Origin: an uncultured Clostridia bacterium
GTDB taxonomy: Bacteria; Bacillota; Clostridia; Christensenellales; CAG-314
Assembly: GCA_947601445.1 (NCBI GenBank)
Contig: CANQGD010000001.1
Location: 33,608 to 97,607 of the forward strand
Direction of reading: 5' to 3'
Length of the DNA: 64,000 nucleotides
Below are positions 20,589-29,445 of the stretch, in pieces (positions within the stretch are counted from its first letter, which is position 1; each line of letters opens with the position of its first letter). The position numbers and the translations under genes were made by a program. The notes under the pieces were generated by a model, which did no database searches, was not told where the DNA came from, and saw only the letters and a list, made by a program, of their open reading frames with translations.

Positions 20589-20621
20589 TTTACACTTTTT
20601 TTAGATTGTGCGGTTTACAAT
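20589..20621 (+). promoter_or_regulatory. Direct repeats TTTACA-5 nt-TTTAGA (candidate KdpE/OmpR-family box) plus -10 TACAAT upstream of ktrB
   Basis: Half-sites at 20589-20594 and 20600-20605 (11-bp register), and a third TTTACA at 20614-20619 overlapping TACAAT (20616-20621). No recognisable -35 is present. Confidence 0.35.
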
Positions 20622-20639
20622 TTTATCGAGAGGAATTAT

Positions 20640-21968
20640 ATGGGACGCAAAAGAATACATCTCAATCCGTTTCAGACTATCATTATAGGTTTTGCCGTGC
20701 TGATTTTGTTGGGGGCGATTTTGCTTTTGTTGCCGATTTCATCCAAAAGCCGAATTGTTACGCCCTTTAATCAGTGTCTGTTCACATCCGTTTCCGCAGT
20801 GTGCGTTACAGGGTTGGTTGTCGTGGATACGGCGACACACTGGTCTGTTTTCGGTCAAGTGGTGATATTGTTGCTGATACAAATCGGCGGTCTGGGAGTA
20901 ATTACGGCAATGGCGGCATTGACGCTTCTTTTCGGCAAAAAAATATCGCTTGTTCAGCAAACAACCATGAAAGAGGCGGTTTCGGCAAATAAAATGGGCG
21001 GTATGGCGCGTTTTACCGTGTTTATTCTCGTTGCAACGCTGGTTATCGAGGCGGTGGGGGCAATTGCCATGACGCCCGTATTCGTTATCGATTTCGGCGC
21101 CCGCGGAGTGTGGTTGGCTATATTCCATTCCGTTTCGGCGTTTTGCAATGCCGGTTTCGACATTTTGGGCAGCGCGGATCGTCCTTTCGGCTCATTGACG
21201 GCTTATGTGGGTAATCCCGTTATCAATATCACAGTAATGTTACTGATATTGATTGGCGGAATAGGATTCGGCACGCTCAAAGATATATTGACGCACAAAT
21301 GGCATATCAAACGTTACAGTTTGCAAAGCAAAGTGGTGCTGATAACTTCTTCTTTGCTTGTATGGTTACCTGCGTTATTCTTTTTCTTCGCGGAATATTC
21401 CTATTTGCCGGCAAAAGAAAGAGTGTTTGCCTCTTTATTCGGAGCAATTACCCCGCGTACAGCGGGATTCAACACGGTAGACCTCAATTCGCTGAGCGGT
21501 ACGGGTCGCTGGTTGACAGTAATATTGATGCTTATCGGCGGCTCTCCGGGTTCTACTGCGGGAGGTATGAAAACCACGACGTTTGCATTGATTTTTGCCA
21601 ATGCGCTTTCGGTATTTCGCAAAAAGAACGACACGCATTTGTTACGCAGAAGGGTAGACGACCAAACCGTCAAAGCCGCAAGTACGCTTTTTGTGGTTTA
21701 CATTGTTTTGTTTACGGCGGGAGCCGCGGTCATCAGTCTTTCGGAAGGCTTGCCCTTCGAAACTTGCATGTTCGAGACAGCCTCTGCCGTCGGTACGGTT
21801 GGATTGACTCTCGGTATCACCCCCGAATTGGGCATTGTTTCTCAAATTGTACTGATGTTATTGATGTTCATCGGCAGAGTGGGCGGTTTGACGCTGTTAT
21901 ATGCGGCGCTGTCCAATACAAATAAAAATATATCCAAACTGCCGCAGGAAAGCATAGCGGTGGGCTAA
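20640..21968 (+). CDS. ktrB: Ktr/Trk-type potassium uptake protein, membrane subunit (TrkH/KtrB family)
   Basis: 442 aa and polytopic, with repeated pore-loop-like segments (CVTGL, NAGFD, RTAGFN, TVGLT). SD GAGAGGA. Confidence 0.88.
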   Translation: MGRKRIHLNPFQTIIIGFAVLILLGAILLLLPISSKSRIVTPFNQCLFTSVSAVCVTGLVVVDTATHWSVFGQVVILLLIQIGGLGVITAMAALTLLFGKKISLVQQTTMKEAVSANKMGGMARFTVFILVATLVIEAVGAIAMTPVFVIDFGARGVWLAIFHSVSAFCNAGFDILGSADRPFGSLTAYVGNPVINITVMLLILIGGIGFGTLKDILTHKWHIKRYSLQSKVVLITSSLLVWLPALFFFFAEYSYLPAKERVFASLFGAITPRTAGFNTVDLNSLSGTGRWLTVILMLIGGSPGSTAGGMKTTTFALIFANALSVFRKKNDTHLLRRRVDDQTVKAASTLFVVYIVLFTAGAAVISLSEGLPFETCMFETASAVGTVGLTLGITPELGIVSQIVLMLLMFIGRVGGLTLLYAALSNTNKNISKLPQESIAVG

Positions 21969-21978
21969 GGGAGGAGAA

Positions 21979-22626
21979 ATGAAATCGGTTTTACTTATCG
22001 GCTTGGGACGTTTCGGCAAGCATGTGGCTACGGAATTGAATCAATTGGGCAATCAAGTGATGGCGGTGGACATCAATGAAGAACGTATCAACGATGTGTT
22101 GCCCTTCATCACAAACGCTCAGATAGGCGACAGCACCAAGGCGGAATTTTTGAAAAGTCTCGGAGTAAAAAATTTCGATTTGTGTATAGTGGCGATAAGC
22201 GACAATTTTCAAAGTTCATTGGAAACCACTTCGCTTCTCAAAGAATTGGGCGCCAAATTTATCGTATCGCGCGCCGAACGGGACGCGCAGGAAAAATTTT
22301 TATTGCTTGCAGGCGCCGACGAAGTTGTCTATCCGGAAAAGCAAATGGCAAAGTGGACGGCAATACGTTTCGGATTGGAAAATATTTTGGACTATATAGA
22401 GTTGGATGATTTTCACGCGATATTGGAAGTCAAATTGCCTAAGAGTTGGATAGGCAAAAGCATAGGCGAGTTGGATATTCGCCGCAAATTCGGTATCAAT
22501 ATTATGGGAGTAAAACAACAGGACAAGCTCAATGTCGAAGTTACTCCCGATACGTTGTTGACCGAGGACAAAACTTTGTTGGTGCTGGGTGAATACCGAG
22601 CGCTGCACAAATGTTTCCGATTGTGA
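21979..22626 (+). CDS. ktrA: Ktr/Trk system NAD-binding gating subunit (TrkA-N plus TrkA-C/RCK_C)
   Basis: VLLIGLGRFGKHVA Rossmann N-terminus, a C-terminal RCK_C-like domain, 215 aa. SD GGGAGGAG. Confidence 0.88.
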   Translation: MKSVLLIGLGRFGKHVATELNQLGNQVMAVDINEERINDVLPFITNAQIGDSTKAEFLKSLGVKNFDLCIVAISDNFQSSLETTSLLKELGAKFIVSRAERDAQEKFLLLAGADEVVYPEKQMAKWTAIRFGLENILDYIELDDFHAILEVKLPKSWIGKSIGELDIRRKFGINIMGVKQQDKLNVEVTPDTLLTEDKTLLVLGEYRALHKCFRL

Positions 22627-22641
22627 CGGCGGGAGGTTGAT

Positions 22642-22782
22642 ATGATTGCGATCGTGCTTGTTCCTCTGTTTTGCGCGTTGTGTGTCGCGGGATATTTTTT
22701 AGTAGGCAAATACGATAAATTTGTCCGTAAAAACAAGGATAATAAGCGTATTGCCACCAAAAGAGGCAGAAAAAACAAATAA
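22642..22782 (+). CDS. 46-aa micro-ORF: one TM helix plus a strongly basic tail
   Basis: GGGAGG SD 5 nt upstream of the ATG, 15 nt after the ktrA stop. Translation: MIAIVLVPLFCALCVAGYFLVGKYDKFVRKNKDNKRIATKRGRKNK. Below the ORF-track cutoff. Confidence 0.4.
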   Translation: MIAIVLVPLFCALCVAGYFLVGKYDKFVRKNKDNKRIATKRGRKNK

Positions 22783-22802
22783 TATTTATTTTTTCGCGTA
22801 AT

Positions 22803-22819
22803 TGTGGTATAATACCACA
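22803..22819. promoter_or_regulatory. 17-bp perfect palindrome over the -10 box upstream of kdpD
   Basis: TGTGGTAT-A-ATACCACA. It contains the extended -10 TGgTATAAT (hexamer 22808-22813). Confidence 0.3.
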
Positions 22820-22875
22820 AATACCTGTCGTAGTGACTTCATTGTAGAAATCCACTGTATTTTTGCGGAGAAAAA

Positions 22876-24810
22876 ATGGATATTTCAAATAAACGGGAAC
22901 ATATACTTGTTTGTCTTTCCGCGTCGCCCTCCAATGTGCGCGTCGTCGAGGCGGCGTCAAAAATGGCTGAGGCGTTTGACGCGTCGTTTACTGCGCTGTT
23001 TGTAAGTACTCCCGATTCGGATATGTCGGATGCGGACAAAAACAGATTGCAAAGCAACTGCGCTCTTGCCGAAAGTTTGGGCGCAACCGTCGCAACTGTT
23101 TACGGAGACGATGTGGTTTTTCAGATAGCGGAATACGCGCGCTTATCCCGTGTGACTAAGGTTATAATAGGGCGTAGCAGCGTAAAACGACGTATTTTCG
23201 GCGGAAAACAACCGCTCACGGAAAAACTTAACGCGATAGCGCCCGACATCGAAGTGCATATAATTCCCGACAACGCCTCGGAAACCAAATACACGGAAAA
23301 AAACAAAAATTTTATTAAAAAACTTTTGCCTACCCCCAAAGACGTACTTATCACCGTTTTGATTTTAGGCGTCGCAACGGGCATAGGAATGTTGTTTTCC
23401 CGTTGGGGGCTTACCGAAACCAATATTATAACGGTGTACGTGCTCAGCGTACTTATAACCGCGCTTTTCACTCAAAACTATCTTTGCAACGTTATAGGTT
23501 CCATTGCAAGCGTGTTGGTATTCAATTTGCTTTTCGTGGAACCGTTGTACAGTTTGCGCGTAAATGATGTCGGCACGTATGTTACTTTTGCCGTTACTCT
23601 CATAGCGTCGTTGATAACCGGTACTCTTGCAAATCGATTGCAGTATGTTGCCAAGCAATCGGCACAATCCGCCTATCGCACCAAAGTTCTTTTCGATACA
23701 AACAGGCTTTTGCAACGGCAACAAGAGGCGGATAAACTTTTGGAAATCGCCGCCAAGCAACTCGTTGCGCTTACCGACAGAGATGTGACGGTATATTCGA
23801 TAAAAAATACTCCGTCTTGCAAGGTTTTTTCCTCCAACAATCAATCCGACGTCGAAGTTTCCGATGAAGTTTTAAATTGGCTATCAAGTCAAAAGGGAAG
23901 CTCCTCGGAAGAACTGACCGTCAACGGAGTAACTTACACAGCTGTGGCAATTGCGGATAGGGTCTACGGCGCGGTGGGTATCGGTACCGAAAAGCCGTTG
24001 GAGTCATTGGAAAAAAGCATTGCCCATTCCGTAATAGGCGAATGTGCATTGGCAATAGATAACGTTCGCAACAGCGAGGAGAAAGAAGCCGCAAACGTAA
24101 AAGCTCGGCAGGAACGGCTCAGAGCCGATATGCTTCGCGCAATTTCTCATGATTTGCGTACGCCTTTGACGGCGATTGCGGGCAATGCCGATTACCTGTT
24201 AAACACCGTAGGCAAAGTGGACGAGAGCGCTCTCAAACAGATTTACGGCGATATTTACGACGATTCGATGTGGCTGTACGCATTGGTGGAAAATTTGCTT
24301 TCCGTCACGCGTCTCGAAGACGGCAAACTCAAACTCAACGTCAAATGCGAATTGGCTGACGAATTGATAGAAGAAACGCTTCGGCACCTTACCCGTCGCA
24401 GTTCCGATTATTTATTCGAGACGCCTCATTCCAACAAGCCGCTGTTGGTGCGTGCAGACGCCAAGTTGATATTGCAGGTTTTGATAAACCTTGTGGATAA
24501 TGCGGTAAAATATACGCCCAAAGGATCAACAATAACGATCTCCGCCGCACAGGAGGGCGAAATGGTGCGTTTCTTTGTGGCGGACAACGGCAACGGAATT
24601 GCCGACAATCTTAAAGATAAAGTTTTCGAAATGTTCTATACAGGTGACAGCAGTGTAGCTGACGGGCGGCGCAGTCTCGGACTTGGTCTTGCGCTGTGTA
24701 AATCCATCGTAACGGCGCACGGCGGCGAGTTGACCGTGCGCGACAATATTCCGCACGGTTCCGTATTCAGTTTCACTGTTCCTGTCGGAGAGGTAACGGT
24801 AAATGAATAA
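22876..24810 (+). CDS. kdpD: KdpD-type sensor histidine kinase lacking the N-terminal KdpD domain (USP - TM - HisKA - HATPase)
   Basis: USP-like N-terminus (EHILVCLSASPSN...VTKVIIGRS), four TM helices, H-box ISHDLRTPLTAI, and ATP-lid DNGNGI / GLGLALC. 644 aa. Confidence 0.8.
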   Translation: MDISNKREHILVCLSASPSNVRVVEAASKMAEAFDASFTALFVSTPDSDMSDADKNRLQSNCALAESLGATVATVYGDDVVFQIAEYARLSRVTKVIIGRSSVKRRIFGGKQPLTEKLNAIAPDIEVHIIPDNASETKYTEKNKNFIKKLLPTPKDVLITVLILGVATGIGMLFSRWGLTETNIITVYVLSVLITALFTQNYLCNVIGSIASVLVFNLLFVEPLYSLRVNDVGTYVTFAVTLIASLITGTLANRLQYVAKQSAQSAYRTKVLFDTNRLLQRQQEADKLLEIAAKQLVALTDRDVTVYSIKNTPSCKVFSSNNQSDVEVSDEVLNWLSSQKGSSSEELTVNGVTYTAVAIADRVYGAVGIGTEKPLESLEKSIAHSVIGECALAIDNVRNSEEKEAANVKARQERLRADMLRAISHDLRTPLTAIAGNADYLLNTVGKVDESALKQIYGDIYDDSMWLYALVENLLSVTRLEDGKLKLNVKCELADELIEETLRHLTRRSSDYLFETPHSNKPLLVRADAKLILQVLINLVDNAVKYTPKGSTITISAAQEGEMVRFFVADNGNGIADNLKDKVFEMFYTGDSSVADGRRSLGLGLALCKSIVTAHGGELTVRDNIPHGSVFSFTVPVGEVTVNE

Positions 24811-25495
24811 AAATACGATATTGGTGGTAGAAGACGATTCTACCGTTCGCAATCTGATTACCGCAACGCTGAAATCACACGATTATAAATATATTGTGGC
24901 GGAAAACGGCGAAAGTGCCATAGCGATGACCGCAACACACAATCCCGAGGTTATTCTGTTGGATTTGGGCTTGCCGGATATAGACGGCGTGCAGGTAATA
25001 GAACGTATTCGCAGTTGGTCGGGAGTGCCTATTGTGGTAATCAGCGCTCGAAGCGAAGACAACGACAAGATAGCCGCGCTTGACGCGGGCGCAGACGACT
25101 ATATCACAAAGCCTTTTTCGGTGGCGGAACTTCTTGCGCGTGTACGCGTTATGCAACGGCGCTTGGCAGCTTTGAGTGCAACGGAGCAACCGATGTTTGT
25201 GAACGGCAGTCTCAGGATAGATTTTGCCTCCGGTACGGCATATCTCGCGGAGGAAGAGCTGCATCTTACGCCTATCGAATATAAATTGCTATGCTTGCTT
25301 GCGCAAAACGCCGGCAAAGTTCTTACGCATACTTACATTACTCAAAAGATATGGGGAAGCAGTTGGGAAAACGATGTTGCGTCGTTAAGAGTATTTATGG
25401 CAAACCTCAGAAAAAAGCTGGAAAACGAGCAGGGCGAGCAATCTTTTATTCAAACTCATGTGGGAATAGGCTACCGTATGCTCAAAGTGGATTGA
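24803..25495 (+). CDS. kdpE: OmpR-family response regulator, KdpE-type
   Basis: Receiver domain (ILVVEDD, LLDLGLPDIDG, KPF) and a winged-helix C-terminus (LTPIEYKLL...GIGYRM). 8-nt overlap with the kinase gene. Confidence 0.85.
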   Translation: MNKNTILVVEDDSTVRNLITATLKSHDYKYIVAENGESAIAMTATHNPEVILLDLGLPDIDGVQVIERIRSWSGVPIVVISARSEDNDKIAALDAGADDYITKPFSVAELLARVRVMQRRLAALSATEQPMFVNGSLRIDFASGTAYLAEEELHLTPIEYKLLCLLAQNAGKVLTHTYITQKIWGSSWENDVASLRVFMANLRKKLENEQGEQSFIQTHVGIGYRMLKVD

Positions 25496-25513
25496 CGTTT
25501 ACTCTATAATCAA

Positions 25514-25540
25514 ACCGTCCGTATTCGGGCGGTATTTTTT
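25514..25540 (+). terminator. Intrinsic terminator after kdpE
   Basis: ACCGTCCG / CGGGCGGT stem (one G-U pair) followed by ATTTTTT. Confidence 0.65.
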
Positions 25541-25654
25541 GCACATATTTACAGTCGGCATTGTTTCAAAAAATAAAAAAGCTATCGGCAAGTTTATTGA
25601 CTCTGTCATATATATAATTTATAATATTGAAAAGCGCCGTTGCGGAGAGACAAA

Positions 25655-26734
25655 ATGAATATTATTCGATACGTAAAGAAAAACAAAGCGTCTTTTGACG
25701 AAATACCTTTTGACGAGGCTGACAGCCTGGTGCTGTGTCAATTGAGTTATCTGTGTTTTACGAGGGCATTTGCCGGCAAACCCGCAAAAACGCTGCAACA
25801 ACTTGCTGAAATGCTAAACATAACAAAAGATACTCTGTTGCCTGAATCCAACGTAAAACTCTTGAAGGCGGTCGGTACAAGTCCACGTTTTTCTAAAATA
25901 AAGTTGGGATTATTTCGTGAACGCAACAGCGTCAAACGCGAAACCCGTTTTGCGGCGGTTACATTTCAAATCGGGCGTGATTTGCATTACGTTGCTTATC
26001 GCGGCACGGATATTACGCTTATCGGGTGGAAAGAAGATTTCAACATGGCAACGCTCGACGCAATACCGTCTCAAAAGTTAGCGGCAAATTATCTCAACAC
26101 GGTGGCGGCGGCGGTAAACGGCGATCTGATTCTCGGAGGACACAGCAAAGGCGGAAACCTCGCGGTTTATGCGGGCTTTTTTGCGGATGAGCAAACAAAA
26201 AAGCGAATTGTTGCTATCTACGATCATGACGGACCCGGTTTTCGCGAGGATATTTTCGATGATACACGTTATGTGCAAATTGCGTCACGCATACGCAAAA
26301 CCGTGCCGCATGATTCTATTATCGGTATGTTGCTGAACGTTAGCGAACATTACGAAGTAGTGGAAAGCCGTGCCGTATCGATTATGCAGCATAACCCTTT
26401 CGCTTGGGAAATAGGCGAAAACTGTCGTTTCAAAAAACTGCCCGAAACCACGCGCAACTCCGTAACTACAAATATGGCAATGACAAATTGGATAGCAGGG
26501 ATGGATGACGCAACGAAAAAAAAGTTTGTGACGGCAATGTTTGCGGTAATTTTGGGCAGCGGCGCACAGACCGTGCCCGAGTTGTTGTCTCGTCCTTTTA
26601 GTAAAATCAAGAAAATGAAAAAAGCCTTCGAGACATTGGACGAAGAAAGCAAAAAGTTACTTTCCGGCAACGGCAAAGAGTTGATTACGTTGTGGTTCGC
26701 GTCGTTTAAGTTGGTTCATAAACAAAAGAAATAA
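25655..26734 (+). CDS. DUF2974 (Mbeg1-like) alpha/beta hydrolase
   Basis: Nucleophile elbow GGHSKGGNLAVYA and a family-typical N-terminus (FDEIPFDEADSLVLCQLSYL). SD GGAGAGA. Confidence 0.7.
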   Translation: MNIIRYVKKNKASFDEIPFDEADSLVLCQLSYLCFTRAFAGKPAKTLQQLAEMLNITKDTLLPESNVKLLKAVGTSPRFSKIKLGLFRERNSVKRETRFAAVTFQIGRDLHYVAYRGTDITLIGWKEDFNMATLDAIPSQKLAANYLNTVAAAVNGDLILGGHSKGGNLAVYAGFFADEQTKKRIVAIYDHDGPGFREDIFDDTRYVQIASRIRKTVPHDSIIGMLLNVSEHYEVVESRAVSIMQHNPFAWEIGENCRFKKLPETTRNSVTTNMAMTNWIAGMDDATKKKFVTAMFAVILGSGAQTVPELLSRPFSKIKKMKKAFETLDEESKKLLSGNGKELITLWFASFKLVHKQKK

Positions 26735-27326
26735 CCGCCAAATCAAAAAAAAACTTTGTTTTCGTCAAAAGCGCAGTCGGATTTGTGTTTCTTCCGCTGT
26801 TTGCAACTTGATCGGAGACGGTGCGAGCATAAACTTACATGTCAAACGGCGACAAACGATTTTTGCCGAAAATTTTTCTGTTTTATTTAATGGGAGTGCA
26901 ATCCTGCGTAGTTTCAAATATTTGACAAAAGCGTTCGTATCACGCAGAAATATTACTCACGCCATAAAATAATAATGTTTTTGGATTGGTAGGATAGCCG
27001 TTTTGTTTTTAACGATATGAAAATCGTATGTTTGCGAAATAAAAATTTTTTACCGCCTTTTTTACAAAACAGCACAAAAGTATTTCATAACTAACGGTGC
27101 GGAGCTTTGCAAAAAAGTTTTTGCCGAATCCGTTCTGTTTTTCTTTGCGAAGTAATGAAAAAAACATAAGCATTTTTTCATACAGCAAAATTTGTGTAAA
27201 AGTTCGAATGTTTCGCCTTGGTTGCAATTACGTAATTTTATCAATGATAAATTTCATTATGCCGAAAAAGAAAATATATAAAAAATAATTTAATATTTAT
27301 TTTAGCGTTAAGTGGGGCTTATTGTA

Positions 27327-27355
27327 TTGCAAATCCTTCAATAATTTGGTACAAT
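27327..27355 (+). promoter_or_regulatory. Extended -10 promoter abutting the rarA start codon
   Basis: TTGCAA-17 nt-TGgTACAAT. ATG 27363 begins 8 nt after the hexamer. Confidence 0.55.
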
Positions 27356-27362
27356 AATTAAC

Positions 27363-28721
27363 ATGGTACAGTATGAACAAAATTCCATTTTCGAAATGGA
27401 AAAGATTGCCAATATTCCGCTTGCCGAGCGCATGCGCCCAAAGGTTTTGTCGGAATTTATCGGGCAAACGCATATAATTTACGACGGTTCTTTGCTTTGT
27501 CGCGCAATAAAAGCGGACAAGCTGGGCAGTTGTATTTTTTGGGGCGCTCCGGGTACGGGGAAAACAAGCCTTGCCAACGTGATCGCCAATACAACAGGCA
27601 GTCATTTCGAAAAGCTGAACGCTGTAAGCAGCGGTGTTGCAGACGCGAAAAAAATTATCGATGAAGCGACGCGCCGTTTCAACGCTTACGGTCAAAAAAC
27701 CTATCTGTTGCTGGACGAATGTCACCGTTGGAACAAAGCGCAAAGCGACTGTATGCTGCCCGCAATAGAAAAAGGGTATGTTACTTTTATCGGTTCCACA
27801 ACGGAAAATCCGTACGTGGCAATGACTCGCGCAATAGTGTCTCGTTGCAGAGTATTCGAATTTTTGCCGTTGACGAAACAGGATATTAAACGCGGTCTGC
27901 TCGACGCTTTGAAACGCGATAAAGTGCTTTCCCGCCGTAAAATAGTGCTGGACGACGACGCATTGGAATATATTTGCGAAACCGCTTCCGGCGATTTGCG
28001 CAATGCTTACAATGCGCTTGAATTGGCTGTTATGACTACCGATGTCAATTCGGACGGTTCCACGCACGTTACGCGTTTGATAGCTTCTCAATCCATGCAG
28101 AAAAAAGCGTTGTCTGTGGATACCGGTATGTACTACGACATGATTTCCGCATTTATCAAGAGTATGCGCGGAAGCGACGCAAATGCGGCAATGTTTTGGT
28201 TTGAGCGTTTACTCGAAGCGGGGACCGATCCGTTGTTGCTTGCCCGTCGCATCGTTATACACGCCGCAGAGGATGTCGGACTTGCCGATCCTCAGGCGTT
28301 GGTGGTGGCGACAAGTGCATTGACGGCATTTCAGAATATAGGTTTGCCGGAAGGGCGCATACCGCTTACAGAAGCAATTTTATACATTTGCAACTGTCCA
28401 AAGTCCAATTCCGTCGTCAACACCCTTTACGCGGCGGAGGACTGTGCCAAAAATCACCCCGCGGCGCGCGTTCCGCGTTATCTTATGGACGAAAATCACC
28501 CTCGCGGCACCGAGGAAATAGATCAGACGGCTTACAAATATCCGCACAATTACGGCGGATGGGTAGAACAGCAATATTTGCCCGACGAGGTAAAAGATCA
28601 AGTGTTTTTTGTCCCCAGCGGCAACGGACAGGATACGGGATGCCGTCAACCCAAACTAAAAAAAGACTATGCCAAACAGGTAGTACCTAACAAGTGGTTC
28701 GAGGAGACCGACGATGATTAG
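27363..28721 (+). CDS. rarA: Replication-associated recombination protein A (AAA ATPase RarA/MgsA)
   Basis: PLAERMRPKVLSEFIGQ, Walker A WGAPGTGKTSLA, Walker B LLLDECHRWNK, and a MgsA C-terminal domain. Confidence 0.93.
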   Translation: MVQYEQNSIFEMEKIANIPLAERMRPKVLSEFIGQTHIIYDGSLLCRAIKADKLGSCIFWGAPGTGKTSLANVIANTTGSHFEKLNAVSSGVADAKKIIDEATRRFNAYGQKTYLLLDECHRWNKAQSDCMLPAIEKGYVTFIGSTTENPYVAMTRAIVSRCRVFEFLPLTKQDIKRGLLDALKRDKVLSRRKIVLDDDALEYICETASGDLRNAYNALELAVMTTDVNSDGSTHVTRLIASQSMQKKALSVDTGMYYDMISAFIKSMRGSDANAAMFWFERLLEAGTDPLLLARRIVIHAAEDVGLADPQALVVATSALTAFQNIGLPEGRIPLTEAILYICNCPKSNSVVNTLYAAEDCAKNHPAARVPRYLMDENHPRGTEEIDQTAYKYPHNYGGWVEQQYLPDEVKDQVFFVPSGNGQDTGCRQPKLKKDYAKQVVPNKWFEETDDD

Positions 28722-29445
28722 ATTGTATAACGTTTCGAAAACCTATGCCAAAGCAAATGCAAAGGCGGTGGATGATCTTACTTTGGAAATAAATTCGGGA
28801 GAAATATTCGGTTTTTTGGGTCCAAACGGCGCAGGAAAATCCACAACCATCAAAATGTTGACGGGAATACTCACTCCCGACAGCGGCACGATAGAAATCG
28901 ACGGCATAAACATTGCCGAAAACCCTTTAAGGGCAAAAGCGCTGATAGGTTTTGTACCGGACAATCACGAAATGTACGAAACGCTCAAAGGCACGGAATA
29001 TTTGAAATTTATCGGCACGATGTACGGTGTAACGGGAGATACGCTTAAATCTCGAATAGACAAATATGCCGATATGTTCGAGATGACGGACGCATTGCCC
29101 AATTTGATCGGTTCGTATTCGCACGGAATGAAACAAAAACTTTCTGTTATAGCCGCGCTCGTTCACGATCCGAAAGTTTGGGTGTTGGACGAACCTCTGA
29201 CGGGATTGGACCCGCAATCGGCATTTCAATTGAAACAAATGATGAGGAAATTCGCAGACGAGGGCAATACCGTATTTTTCAGCTCGCACGTGATTGATGT
29301 CGTGGAAAAAGTTTGCGATCGTATTGCGATCATCAACCGCGGCAAATTGGTAGCGGTGGACACATTGGAAAATATACGATCCGACAACAAGGTATCGCTT
29401 GAAAGCCTGTTTTTGACAATAACTTCCGACGGGGAAAGTAAATGA
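28714..29445 (+). CDS. ABC transporter ATP-binding protein
   Basis: Walker A GPNGAGKST, signature YSHGMKQKL, Walker B VWVLDEP. 8-nt overlap with rarA. Confidence 0.92.
   Translation: MIRLYNVSKTYAKANAKAVDDLTLEINSGEIFGFLGPNGAGKSTTIKMLTGILTPDSGTIEIDGINIAENPLRAKALIGFVPDNHEMYETLKGTEYLKFIGTMYGVTGDTLKSRIDKYADMFEMTDALPNLIGSYSHGMKQKLSVIAALVHDPKVWVLDEPLTGLDPQSAFQLKQMMRKFADEGNTVFFSSHVIDVVEKVCDRIAIINRGKLVAVDTLENIRSDNKVSLESLFLTITSDGESK

Noticed and set aside
20493-20639. Expected a c-di-AMP (ydaO/kimA) riboswitch upstream of ktrB.
   Set aside because: The leader is too short after the ppa terminator, and the conserved ACGGGGA/CCCA-type pseudo-twofold motifs are absent.
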